A stretch of DNA of 64,000 nt from the NCBI RefSeq assembly GCF_009914755.1, contig NC_060927.1. The stretch is one strand, 5' to 3'. Source of the DNA: the human T2T-CHM13v2.0 reference genome, Homo sapiens. Of the stretch, positions 19,093-34,806 are shown one piece after another. Both the position numbers and the translations under genes were made by a program. The notes beneath the pieces were generated by a model. That model had not been told where the DNA came from. It saw only the letters and a list, made by a program, of their open reading frames with translations, and ran no database searches. Position 1 is the first letter of the stretch; each line of letters opens with the position of its first letter.

Positions 19093-20109
19093 TTACATTT
19101 TAGCATGATTTTGCAGTGGCTGGTACCCGTTTTTCCTTTCCATGTTTAGCGCTTCCTTCAGGAGCTCTTTTGGGGCAGGCCTGGTGGTGACAAAATCTCT
19201 CAGCATTTGCTTGTCTGTAAAGTATTTTATTTCTCCTTCGCTTATGAAGCTTAGTTTGGCTGGATATGAAATTCTGGGTTGAAAATTCTTTTCTTTAAGA
19301 ATGTTGAATATTGGCCCCCACTCTCTTCTGGCTTGTAGGGTTTCTGCCGAGAGATCCGCTGTTAGTCTGATGGGCTTCCCTTTGAGGGTAACCCGACCTT
19401 TCTCTCTGGCTGCCCTTAACATTTTTTCCTTCATTTCAACTTTGGTGAATCTGACAATTATGTGTCTTGGAGTTGCTCTTCTCGAGGAGTATCTTTGTGG
19501 CGTTCTCTGTATTTCCTGAATCTGAACGTTGGCCTGCCTTGCTAGATTGGGGAAGTTCTCCTGGATAATATCCTGCAGAGTGTTTTCCAACTTGGTTCCA
19601 TTCTCCCCATCACTTTCAGGTACACCGATCAGATGTAGATTTGGTCTTTTCACATAGTCCCATATTTCTTGGAGGCTTTGCTCATTTCTTTTTATTCTTT
19701 TTTCTCTGAACTTCCCTTCTTGCTTCATTTCATTCATTTCATCTTCCATTGCTGATACCCTTTCTTCCAGTTGATCGCATCGGCTCCTGAGGCTTCTGCA
19801 TTCTTCACATAGTTCTCGAGCCTTGGTTTTCAGCTCCATCAGCTCCTTTAAGCACTTCTCTGTATTGGTTATTCTAGTTATACATTCTTCTAAATTTTTT
19901 TCAAAGTTTTCAACTTCTTTGCCTTTGGTTTGAATGTCCTCCCATAGCTCAGAGTAATTTGATTGTCTGAAGCCTTCTTCTCTCAGCTCGTCAAAGTCAT
20001 TCTCCATCCAGCTTTGTTCCATTGCTGGTGAGGAACTGCGTTCCTTTGGAGGAGGAGAGGCGCTCTGCTTTTTAGAGTTTCCAGTTTTTCTGTTCTGTTT
20101 TTTCCCCAT
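19093..20109 (-). CDS. L1 ORF1p (RNA-binding/chaperone), uninterrupted 338 aa
   Basis: MGKKQNRKTGNSK start; coiled coil; REKG, ARR and YPAKLS motifs intact. Confidence 0.9.
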   Translation of the reverse strand: MGKKQNRKTGNSKKQSASPPPKERSSSPAMEQSWMENDFDELREEGFRQSNYSELWEDIQTKGKEVENFEKNLEECITRITNTEKCLKELMELKTKARELCEECRSLRSRCDQLEERVSAMEDEMNEMKQEGKFREKRIKRNEQSLQEIWDYVKRPNLHLIGVPESDGENGTKLENTLQDIIQENFPNLARQANVQIQEIQRTPQRYSSRRATPRHIIVRFTKVEMKEKMLRAAREKGRVTLKGKPIRLTADLSAETLQARREWGPIFNILKEKNFQPRISYPAKLSFISEGEIKYFTDKQMLRDFVTTRPAPKELLKEALNMERKNGYQPLQNHAKM

Positions 20110-20390
20110 CTTTGTGGTTTTATCTACTTTTGGTCTTTGATGATGGTGATGTACAGATGGGTTTTTGGTGTGGATGTCCTTTCTGTTTGTTAGTTTTCCT
20201 TCTAACAGACAGGACCCTCAGCTGTAGGTCTGTTGGAATACCCTGCCGTGTGAGGTGTCAGTGTGCCCCTGCTGGGGGGTGCCTCCCAGTTAGGCTGCTT
20301 GGGGGTCAGGGGTCAGGGACCCACTTGAGGAGGCAGTCTGCCCCTTCTCAGATCTCCAGCTGCGTGCTGGGAGAACCATTGCTCTCTTCA

Positions 20391-20450
20391 AAGCTGTCAG
20401 ACAGGGACATTTAAGTCTGCAAGCTGTCAGACAGGGACATTTAAGTCTGC
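20391..20450. repeat. Perfect 30-bp tandem duplication in L1 5' UTR
   Basis: aagctgtcagacagggacatttaagtctgc x2. Confidence 0.97.
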
Positions 20451-20594
20451 AGAGGTTACTGCTGTCTTTTTGTTTGTCTGTGCCCTGCCCCCAGAGGTGG
20501 AGCCTACAGAGGCAGGCAGGCCTCCTTGAGCTGTGGTGGGCTCCACCCAGTTCGAGCTTCCAGGCTGCTTTGTTTACCTAAGCAAGCCTGGGCA

Positions 20595-20810
20595 ATGGCG
20601 GGCGCCCCTCCCCCAGCCTTGTTGCCGTCTTGCAGTTTGATCTCAGACTGCTGTGCTAGCAATCAGCGAGACTCCGTGGGCGTAGGACCCTCCGAGCCAG
20701 GTGCAGGATATAATCTCGTGGTGCACCGTTTTTTAAGCCGGTCGGAAAAGCGCAGTATTTGGGTGGGAGTGACCCGATTTTCCAGGAGCGTCCGTCACCC
20801 CTTTCTTTGA
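20595..20810 (+). CDS. ORF0: L1 antisense ORF0, intact 71 aa
   Basis: MAGAPPPALLPSCSLISDCCASNQRDSVGVGPSEPG...RHPFL; ATG in gcaATGG context; recognisable primate L1 ORF0. Confidence 0.8.
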   Translation: MAGAPPPALLPSCSLISDCCASNQRDSVGVGPSEPGAGYNLVVHRFLSRSEKRSIWVGVTRFSRSVRHPFL

Positions 20811-22519
20811 CTCAGAAAGGGAACTCCCTGACCCCTTGCGCTTCCCAAGTGAGGCAATGCCTCGCCCTGCTTCGGCTTGCGCACGGTGCGCACACCCACT
20901 GACCTGCGCCCACTCTCTGGCACTCCCTAGTGAGATGAACCCGGTACCTCAGATGGAAATGCAGAAATCACCCGTCTTCTCCGTCGCTCACGCTGGGAGC
21001 TGTAGACTGGAGCTGTTCCTATTCGGCCATCTTGGCTCCTCCCTCCATCGGTAAACCAACTCTTTAACAAAGGTATAGAAATGTGAATATCTAGTGATTT
21101 TTTTTTATTTTAGCAGTGTTAAATTTCTTAAGAATTTATATATTATGTCCATGTCATGCATCTTTTATTAATGGAGTTCCAATTTCATGGAATGAGGAAA
21201 TAAATATTGGACTTGCCTCATTTCTTCCTATTATTTAAAATGAGCCCTGCAATGTTATGCTCTCAGCTAGGTTTTCACTTTCATGTATCTTGTTGAAAAG
21301 AAAGCTCACTTTTGATGTTATTCTACTTAGGACTCATCAAAGGTTTCAGGGCATCTGTATTTCAGGATTCTCTGCAGAACCACCTACAACATAGCCGAGG
21401 TCTAAAAGTCATCTTACTCACAGTGCCTTGCAGACTGATTTGTAGGTTGCTGAATGTGGCTAAATTGAAAACTGCCCCATTTGAAAGGAAATAGATGTCA
21501 TCAATCCTTCTAGAATATTAAGAACTATAGGATAGAAAGCTCACAAAAAAATAATGACTGCCTAGAAAATCACCTGTAGAGTGGCAGTACCTGTAACTCT
21601 GAAGTTTAATAATCTATTTGGCATGTTTGCTATGGAATCACTTGCTTTTGAAAGCCTCTTTTTACATCAAGGCCTGTGTGGGAATTTGCATAGACAGAGA
21701 AGCCTGCCACCCTTGTGGTATGATACTTTTACCAAATTGTGGCCCATATTTTATTATATTTATCTGAGCAGAATAGACACACAGCCTAGAAGAAATCAGC
21801 CAGTTCCCACTAATTGGAAGGCTCACATGGTCCGCTGTTGTAGTGAGCTTTCAATTCTCCTATTTCCAGGTTCTTTAGTGGAATTAGGCTGTGCAATCTT
21901 TTGGTATATCTGAGTGTCTTGCATTCTTTAACTCAGAGGTACTCTCTGTATTTGTGGAGATGGGAGTGGGTGAGCTTGTCAAATTCTTTCAAATTTATTG
22001 AGATTATTATCAAAGTGCAAAGGAAACTTGTGGGAGGACTTGCAGTTTCTATGCAATAACTAAGAAAATGAAATCTTACGTTGGATGAGGTTTCTAGGAG
22101 GCTTTATTGCAGCTGAGGAACAGGAAATGTGGATTCTGTTTTACATGTGGATGGATGACTGTAGGGACACAGATACAGGTTGATATCTCTTAGGAGGATG
22201 TGGAGCTGGCCTAGGAGGCAAATGGAGAGCCTTCACATTTTAGCCTATATGCTTCAATGTGGTTTGCTTTTTTTTGAAAAGCGGAATATTTGTGCAATGT
22301 AATTTAAAATCAGTGAAGATAAAAATGTAAACCCTGAACTAAAGTGAAAACAAACCTGAAAATACTTAGGTAATTAACACCAAATGTTTTGGATGTTTTT
22401 GGAAAATGCTATGTGGGAGTGCAGTGATGAATAAAAACATAATTTTCTTGTTTTTTCCTTTCTGACCCTCATGTGGCACTTTAAAAAAAAGCTGTTTTCA
22501 CAATCCACAAAAAATAAAG

Positions 22520-22610
22520 TAGCCTGCATTTGTTGAACATCTACCTAATGTATCGGGCACTGTGTCAAGTGTGTTACACTGTCTTCATCTTAAATCCTCA
22601 CCACAATGTT
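22520..22610 (-). mobile_element. MIR fragment
   Basis: catttgttgaacatctacc...gggcactgtgtcaagtg...aatcctcaccacaa. Confidence 0.55.
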
Positions 22611-23628
22611 AAGGGGGAAAAAGTGTGAATCTTAGGGAGCTAACCACCTAGGTATCATCTACAGCTATTGTATCAAATACATTATTGTGGGGAATGCATT
22701 GTAAATTCTGAACTTCACAAAACACCCCTTGGAGTTACTATTTTTTTCATTAGATTTCCGTCAAAATGATGAACTGTTCAAGTAGAAAGAAACAGAATTG
22801 ACCTCTTTTAGTCATTTTGTTACTGCTAGAAATTAAATCTCTGATGGTTACGTTGTGATGTATCTCAATATACCTTCAGAGATAGCCAGTTTTGGAATCT
22901 CGGCTTGAAGATTATATGCCAGGCTAGAAGAAACAAACTGTCAAGGTGTATCCAGAAGTGAATTTAGTAACATATGGTATTCTGAAATAGACTGAGCTAT
23001 CTCCCACATGGCAAATTCTTCAGATAAGTGATGTCTAAGCATCAGAGTTTTTAAAGATTTGCTCTTTCTATTGGAAATCTTTCAAAATTGTACATCATGC
23101 CTCACGATACATGGTATGCTACTTGTAATTTCACCTTGATAACACAGGTTTATTATTACAAACATCCATTACTGTTTTGTGCTAGAATGTGAAATAATGT
23201 GATTGATTTAGAAGGCTCGTTTAAAGTGTACTTCCTATTGGAAATGGTTCTCTTCAAAATAGTTGTCTTATGTGGTTTTATGCTATTCTAAAAATGCTGT
23301 GACTGTGTACAACATATTTGGAACTGTTCCTTACAAATGTCCTGCTTAGCCTTAGACATATTAGTTCAGATTTCCTTAGTGATGAAACTATCTCATTTTT
23401 TTAGTGTAAATTTGGTTTTTGGAAATACATTGTAGTTACTTGGAACCAAGACTAATATAGATACATAGGTATCCATGGACTTACTATCTGAGATCAGAAA
23501 CAACATGTGATTATTAAGTAAGGAAAGTAATTTATCACTTGCCCTTGGCTTTTGTATTTGCACTTGGCTCTGCTTTTGATATCTATATTTGAGATGTCCC
23601 TTCATATAAAAAAAAATTAGGTACATTT

Positions 23629-23934
23629 GGTTGGGCGCGGTGGCTCACACCTGTAATCCCAGCACTTTGGGAGGCCAAGGTGGGCAGATCACGAGATCAG
23701 GAGGTTAAGACTATCCTGGCTAACACGGTGAAACCCCATCTCAACTAAAAATACAAAAAATTAGCCAGGTGTGGTAGCATGCACCTGTGGTCCCAGCTAC
23801 TCAGCAGGTTGAGGCAGGAGAATCACTTGAATCCAGGAAGTGGAGGCTGCAGTGGGTGGAGACCGCACCACTGCACTCCAGCCTGGGCGACAGAGCGAGA
23901 CTCTGTCTCAAAATAATCAATCAATCAATCAATC
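23629..23934 (+). mobile_element. AluS with (ATCA)n tail
   Basis: Alu dimer; flanks share gtacattt. Confidence 0.93.
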
Positions 23935-24605
23935 AGTTACGTACATTTCCTTTCGTTCTAGAACAGAAGAACAATGGATATTCTTACTGATAAGCTAGAT
24001 ATGGGACTTTGAGGACATAGACGAGTAGAGAATTTTCAGGAGGTTTTGGTTTGTGTTTTGTGATCTAACCTATCCTTTTCAAAAGACCTTCAATAAAGAT
24101 TCATATGTTTTCCTCAACACTTTATTATGTAATTTTTCAAGCATAAGAGACATTGAAATGATTTTATAGCCAGTCCCATTTATCTACCCTCTAGTTTCTA
24201 CTGTTAACATTTTATTATACTTGATTTATATCTCCATCAATACATCTCTACACTCATCCATCAATATTTAATTTTTAAAATTCATTTTAACTTTCCAACT
24301 TTATTCTTTTTCAAGATTTCTATGGATAATCTAGGTCCTTTCCATTTCTAAATAAATTTTAGAATCAGCTTGTTAGTTTCTACCCAAAAAGCTTGCTGAA
24401 ATTTCTATTGAAATGGCTTTAAATCTGTAGATCGATTTGGGGAGAATTAACATGCTAGTAAGATAGAGACATCCAGTATTACTGGATGAATGCATCTTTG
24501 TTTGTTAAGATTGTCTTTAAATTCTCTCAGAATGTTTTATAGTTTTCAGCATAGAGATCTTACATGTTTTTTGTTAATTTTACCCCTAAGTATCTTGGTT
24601 TTTAG

Positions 24606-25134
<529 letters not shown>

Positions 25135-25902
25135 TAAACAAGCATGTCATCTCTAAATAGAGACAGTTGTAGCTTTTGCCTTTCTATTTCTTTTTCTTTG
25201 CCTCATTGCACTGACTAAGGCCTCCAGTACATTGGTGAAAAGATGTAATGAGAGGGGGCAAGTATGTATATATTAAATCGGAGTTATCAGAAAACAAGTT
25301 GGAAAGTTATTCCTCTCTGTCTAGTTTTTTTAAAAGGTTGTGTAACATTTATATTATTTCTTACTTAAACATTTCATACACCTCACAAGCGAAACCATCT
25401 GAGCCTTGAATTTTCTTTATGGGAAAGTTTTTGGAAATAAACTCAACTTCTTTAGGAAACATAAAGCTATTTAATAATTTCTGTTATATTTTTTGACCAT
25501 TTTGAAAAGTTGCATTTTTAAGGGAATTTTATTTCATCTAAGTTGTCAAATTAGCATAAATTTGTTCATAACTTTTTCTTATCATATTTTAACGTCTTCT
25601 TAATATTAGTGCTTGGCATTTTTTATTTTCTTTTGATTAGTCTGGCTATAGGTTTATCCATTTTGTTGATCTTCTCAAAGAACCATATTCCTCCTTTGTT
25701 AGTTTTCTCCACTGTTTATCTGTTTTCTGTTTCAACAATATTTGCCTTTCTCTCTGTTATTTTCTATTTACTCTTCTTTCCTAGTTTCTTAAGTTGGAAA
25801 CTTTGAGTTTTAGATTTTTATTACTCTCTAATATAAGCATTTAAAGCTATGTTTCCCTCTAGCATTGAATTAATTCCATTGGAATTAAATAGTAAATTCT
25901 GA

Positions 25903-26244
<342 letters not shown>

Positions 26245-26431
26245 CTATATATGTTCTATCTTGATGAAGGTATCAGGTGCATTTATAAAGAATATGTACT
26301 CTGTAGTTGTTGGGTTTAGTGTCTTTTAAATATCAACAGAAGAGAATGTTGGTGAAATCTTCTATGCCTTTACTGATTTTTTTTTGTCCCGTTACTCTAT
26401 AAATTGCTAAGATTGAGTTGTTAAATTCTTG

Positions 26432-26740
<309 letters not shown>

Positions 26741-27154
26741 TGGGAAATTCTTGAACTATGATTCTGGAATTGTATATTTCTCCCTTTAATTCTGTAATTT
26801 TTAGCTTCATGTATTTTGAAAATATATTATTAGGCATATACATATTTATGATTATGTCATTCTGATGTATTAACCTTTTTAGCATTACAAAAGTTCACTT
26901 TTTAATCTCTGATAATACTTTTTTTCTCAAAGTCTATTTTATCTAGTATTAATCTAGTATCTATTGTAGCCCTCTTTATTTCTTTTTCTTTTTGCCTTCT
27001 TGTACTTACTATTGCATGGTATATCTTTTTCTATTCCTGTACTTTCAATGTATCTGCATCTTTACATTTAAAGTGCTTCTCTTGTAGACAGCATATAGTT
27101 GAGAATTGCATTTTTATGCATTCTGACATCTCTGCCTTTTAATTGGTGTGTTTA

Positions 27155-27815
<661 letters not shown>

Positions 27816-28188
27816 TAAAAATTATCTGGATACTTTTTATAATGCCAATTTAATTTTCATTCGCTTTATAGCTTTATCTCTCTGCATTATTATTATATTT
27901 TACTGTTTGTTCTAGGGATTACAGTATACATCCCTAACTTTGAAGTCTACTTTGAGTTAATATTGTGCCACTTCTCTTAAAATATAGAAACCTGCAACTG
28001 TATAAGTCTATATATGTTACATATTCCACTGTAAAATTTTATGATTTTTGTTTTAGTCACTTTTAAGAAAGAGGGAAAAAAGTCTTTTATATCATCTACA
28101 TGTCTACCATTTTTTGGTCATTTATTTCTTCCTGCACTTCACATTTCATATGGTATCATTTCCCCTCAGCCTGAAGAATTTCCTTTAG

Positions 28189-28492
<304 letters not shown>

Positions 28493-29090
28493 TCCTTTAG
28501 CATTTCTTGAAGTACATGTCTACTAGCAATGAATTGTCTCAGGTTTCATTTATCTAATAATGTCTTTATTTTGCCTTCATTTTTAAAGGATATTTTTACT
28601 GGATATAGATTTCTGGGTTGACAGGGTTTTTTCTTACAGCATTTAAATTATGTTCTATCATGTTCCAACCTCCATTATTTGTGATGAGAAGTCCATGATC
28701 ATAAATTGTTGCTTTGTCTTACTGCTTTAAGATTTTCTGTATCCTTGATTTTCAGCAGTGTGAGTAAATGTATGTAGGTGTGGTGTTTTCAAAAAAATAT
28801 TTGTTCCTGCTTGGAGTTTGCAGGATCTTCTTGAACCTATACACTTATTTCATTCACCAAATTTGAGGAAATTTTGACTGTTACTTCTTCAAATGTTTTT
28901 TTTTCTGCCCTATTCTCTTTCCTCATCTTCTAAAACTCCAATTACACATATGTTAGACCTTTTGATATTATCACACAGTTCCTTGTGACTCTGAGTACTT
29001 TTTTAAATCTTTATCTCTCTGTTATTTAGGTTAGATATTTCTTTTATTCTCTCATCCTTTTCACTTAAACTTTAAAAAAATTCATTCTGT

Positions 29091-29390
<300 letters not shown>

Positions 29391-29706
29391 AATTCATTCT
29401 GCTGTTAAACACAATGAATTTTTTTTTACTTCAGATATTTTTACTTCTAGAATTTCTGTTTGATTATTTTTTAATGATTTTTGCTTCTCTGCTGAGATCC
29501 TCCATTTATCTTTGATTTGAAGCGTATTTTTTTTCTTCCTTGAATGAAGTTATAATAGCTGCTTTAAAATCTTTCTCTGCTAACTCCAATATCTGGGTCA
29601 CATCAAGATTGTTCTTTTCAGGCTCTGGGCTGAGCTGGGCTTAGCTCCTCACTATGGGTTAATCTCAGATCTGTTCCATATGTGTTCATTCTGAGGCCCA
29701 GGATAA

Positions 29707-30123
<417 letters not shown>

Positions 30124-30446
30124 CATTTTGCCTCTTTTAGGTCTGGGTTCAAACATGTTATGAAATGGTTGCTAAGTGCAGATGATTTAAGTTCTTGAGT
30201 TTTCTGGCTTTCTTGTCAAATGTCCTGGGAACCTTCTCCAGGAAGACTTGTGAGACATCTGTTTGTGAGACCATCATGTCTATTCCTCAGTCGCCTAAAG
30301 TAGGAGGGGGCGGGCTTTTCTGATTTGATTTTATTAAAAAAGGGCTCAGTTGAGTAGTTTGGACATGGCAAAATGTACTGAGGAAGATTTTTTAAAAATT
30401 ACCCCGGCGTACTTAAAGCCAGAACCTGAGCAAGACTATAGGGGTA

Positions 30447-31240
30447 TGTGACACAACAATAAATAAATATTTGGCCTTTGTCCCTGGGTTCCTGGTACAC
30501 AGCTCCTAAAATCCTTGGACTCTCTGCAGTGATAAGAGTGTATTTTTCTTGGTGATGAGATTACTGGTGGCTGGGGGTCCCTAGATAACTGCAGGACGAA
30601 GGCTGGCCACCAGAAACACCAAAGTGTGATTAGAGGGTTGGAACTTTTTCAGCCCCAGCCCCAGATCTCCAGGCAGGGGAAGGCAGCTGGAGATTGAGTT
30701 CAATCACCAATGGCTAATGACTTAATCAATCATGCCAAATAATGGAACCTTCATAAAGCCCCTAAACAATGGGGGTCAGAGAGCTTCCAGGTTGATGAGT
30801 ACATCTAGTATGGGAGGTTGGCACACGCCAACTCTGTGAGACAGAACTCTTGTGCTCGGGACCCTCCTGAATCTTTCCTTATATACCTTTTCATCTTGCT
30901 GTTCGTTTGTATCCTTTATAATAAGCCAGCAATAGTGAGTAGAGCACTCTCTTGAGTTCTGTGAGTCATTGTAGCAGATTATCAAACATAAGGAGGGAGT
31001 TGTAGAATTCCCTTGAATTTATAGTCGGTCAGTCAGAAGTACCAGTGCAACTGGAATTTGAAGTGGGGGCAGTGTTGTGGGATGGAGCTCTTAACTTGTG
31101 GGATCTGATGCTAACTCCAGTAGAGAGTGTCAGAATTGAATTGAGTTGTAGGCACCCAGCTGATGGTGGAAGGTTGGAGAAGTGGTGTTGGAAAAGACAT
31201 CATGCATTTGGTGTCAGAAGTGTTGTCAATGTAAACAGTT
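30447..31240 (+). mobile_element. MER21-family LTR (MER21C-like)
   Basis: atatttggcctttgtccctgggttcctggtacacagctcctaaaatccttgg...ttaatcaatcatgcc...ggtgtcagaagtg. Confidence 0.8.
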
Positions 31241-32699
31241 GGAAGGGTGACAAAGGTGTCTTGAATTCTTCCTACCTTTCTTTGCATTTAATTCCCATCT
31301 CTCTTCTCTCAGGCCCTAATCTTCTCTCTGCAACTGCGTTTGATCCATTTTCATCAGGGTCTAGATCTCAGCTAGTTGCTGCAGCCATACAAGAAACTCT
31401 AGAGTCATGTAACTTGATCCAGTATACAACTTCACCATCTGGATTCCTTAATAAATAGTCAGTTGATCTCAGCTTTAATTCACCTTCCTTCCTTAGAATG
31501 TTAGCAAGGCCTAAACATTACCCAGGTGAGGGTCATTTGCACTTAGTTTATATCATTAAGGGTTGCCGAAAGTTGTCAAGTTCCAAAGGAATGAGCTACA
31601 AAATGGCGAAAATCTGGGCATTGATACAGACAAGAAAGGAAACATTTGTGGGGTAGAAAAGTCTTTTCACTTTCCTTAGTGTCAGACTAGGCTGTTCCCT
31701 ATCCTGCACATCCTTAAGCCACCCTGGACAACCCTGCTACTACTTGCCTTAAGGGACATAGTCATTTAAGACTTGAATGGTCATCTTCAGGCTTCTCTCA
31801 GGACTGAAAACAAATGTCATCGATATAGAGGAAGTGTTTTGGATAGAACAGGGTTTATTAATTTCTTACCTCTCCGCCACATTCAGGTCACAACGGTTTT
31901 AAAAGGAAACAAAGCTAAACTTATTATCAGCAATGGTGGAGACATGAAGGAGCTTTTACACTGGAACTGGTGGCTCTACCCACTCAAAAGTGAAGGTTAT
32001 CTTCAGGGAAGTAGAATCACCCAACATACCATTTTTTCAGGTGCCTGCCTGGGTGCTATGCTTCTTCTCCCACTAGGTGTCACCACAGTACACAGTAAAG
32101 AAGGGAAATGAAGGCTGCATCTGAAAAGCTTCTAGACTAGAGAAATGGTTGCGTTTAGGTTAGCAGCAAATTGGGCATAATTAGTTTATTTAATAAACTG
32201 TATCTTTAAGATATGAAAATCTCATATAATCAGGCTAGAAAGTAAATCACCTCATTCATTCACTCTCTTAAAATGCTATCAGTCCTGGAACCCAAACAGA
32301 GAGGAGCTTAAAGTCATTTACCCTATCTGTAAAACACGCGGCTGGATTAAATCAGCTGATGACCCTGCACAGCTGAGTGGATCTCACCCCTCAGGATAGT
32401 AAATCTCTTTGTTGAGAGGTCGGATTACTGCTAGATCTCTTTATCACCAGAGCTGAGCTCTCGCGGCTGCTGAGGATTAGACATGATCCTCCTCCATCCA
32501 CACCACTTTAGCATCCTTCCTCCCACAGGCCCCTTTGTGGTCACTCTTCTGTGAAGGTGAAGATAAGATGCCGGAGATAACGAAGGAGGGAATGTGGCAG
32601 CCTTTCCAGCATCTCATTTCCAACACCCCAGTTGACAAGCTGTCCCATCAGCAGTGAAAAAGATCCTTATTCTCTGAACATCCAGCCTCCGGGGGCCAG

Positions 32700-32875
32700 G
32701 CCTCTGTATATCAACTCCATCTCAAATCTAATTTAGGATTTAGGGATGCTTGGTGGAAGGCGAAGCACAGCTAATCTGACGTATCACACAGGGTGAGTGA
32801 TGTGCACTTGTGGATAGTATCTAAATCCAATGATGCGCAGCTCCACGGCGCTGATCCTTTCCATCTTCATGACAG
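32700..32875 (+). ncRNA. Candidate structured RNA (multibranch core with two potential pseudoknots; ribozyme-like)
   Basis: Hand-folded stems 32736-32750/32816-32828, 32765-32768/32802-32805, 32783-32787/32797-32801, 32838-32841/32850-32853; crossing pairings 32752-32760/32856-32865 and 32810-32814/32842-32846; no expression or activity evidence. Confidence 0.4.
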
Positions 32876-33522
32876 ACCCCCAGTGTGCCACCGTCTAACT
32901 TCCTGTGGATAATAGTTACATCTGGGAGTCAGGAAGCTGGTGGCTCAGGATCCCCTCTTGTGTTCTGTTCTTTGACAAAGACAAGATGCCACTGACATCT
33001 GGCCTTCCTTTTGGTGCAAGGTTTAAAGTTTCATTTCAGATAGGTCAGCAGAGATGGCTGTAAAACTGTCCTGAGAGTTTGTAAGCTCTCAGAGAGAGAA
33101 TTGGAAGTTAGCCACCATCATTAGCATCAAGCAGGATTTATAAATTAATCCTCTGCATCCAACTCAGGGTGGGTCTCACATTTTTTTTACCCTACATAGA
33201 ACACCTCCCTACATACCTCTAAATGAAATCAACCAGGCTTGCTGCATACAGTTGTGTACAACACTAGGAGGTGCCATTTATATAATTGCCCACAGAACCA
33301 TAGGCAGTGCCTGGGTAGCACTCCAACATATAAACCAGATAAAAGCAGCGTTCTGTTAACATAAAAATGTACATTCCAATTTTGAAATTTTATTTAACAG
33401 CCAATCAAGGGAAATACCTTTTTGGTGAAAATAAAAATTTGAAATCATGAGTTATCGTTGAAAGTTGCCCTTTTATCAGTGTTTGCATCTGAGATTATGC
33501 AGTTAAGCAAGTGGAATCTTAG

Positions 33523-34440
<918 letters not shown>

Positions 34441-34449
34441 AATAATATG

Positions 34450-34806
34450 GTAGTCTCCACTTCTCTGAGGGGGATATGTTTCAAGTCCCCCAGTGGATGC
34501 CCGAGACCCGGCATAGTACCGAACCCGACTTACACTTTTTTTTTTTTTAATCTGATAATCGAGGCAGCTACTAAGTGACTAATGGGCAGGGAACATATTC
34601 AGTGAGGATGTGCTGGACAAAAAGCGATGATTCACATCCTGGGAGGGAGGAAGTGAGATGGATTTCATCCCACTACTCAGAATGGCCTGCAATTTAAAAC
34701 TTATGAATTATTTCTGGAATTTTCCATTTAATATTTTCAGACCATGGTTAACCATGAATAGCTGAAACCATGGAAAGTGAAACCTCAGATAAGGAGGGAC
34801 TACTGT
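34450..34806 (-). mobile_element. MER44 (Tigger-family) DNA transposon
   Basis: Right TIR gataaggagggactactg followed by TA; internal gaaaccatggaaagtgaaacc; degenerate left TIR. Confidence 0.75.

Larger units (their letters stand above)
20110..21046 (-). promoter_or_regulatory. L1 5' UTR: internal sense promoter and antisense promoter (fires on + strand)
   Basis: CpG-rich; YY1 site AAGATGGCC intact (21025-21033); lies upstream of ORF1. Confidence 0.85.

Noticed and set aside
32353-32375. CAGCUGAUGA hammerhead-like motif
   Set aside because: No stem II plus GAAA downstream; better read as E-boxes
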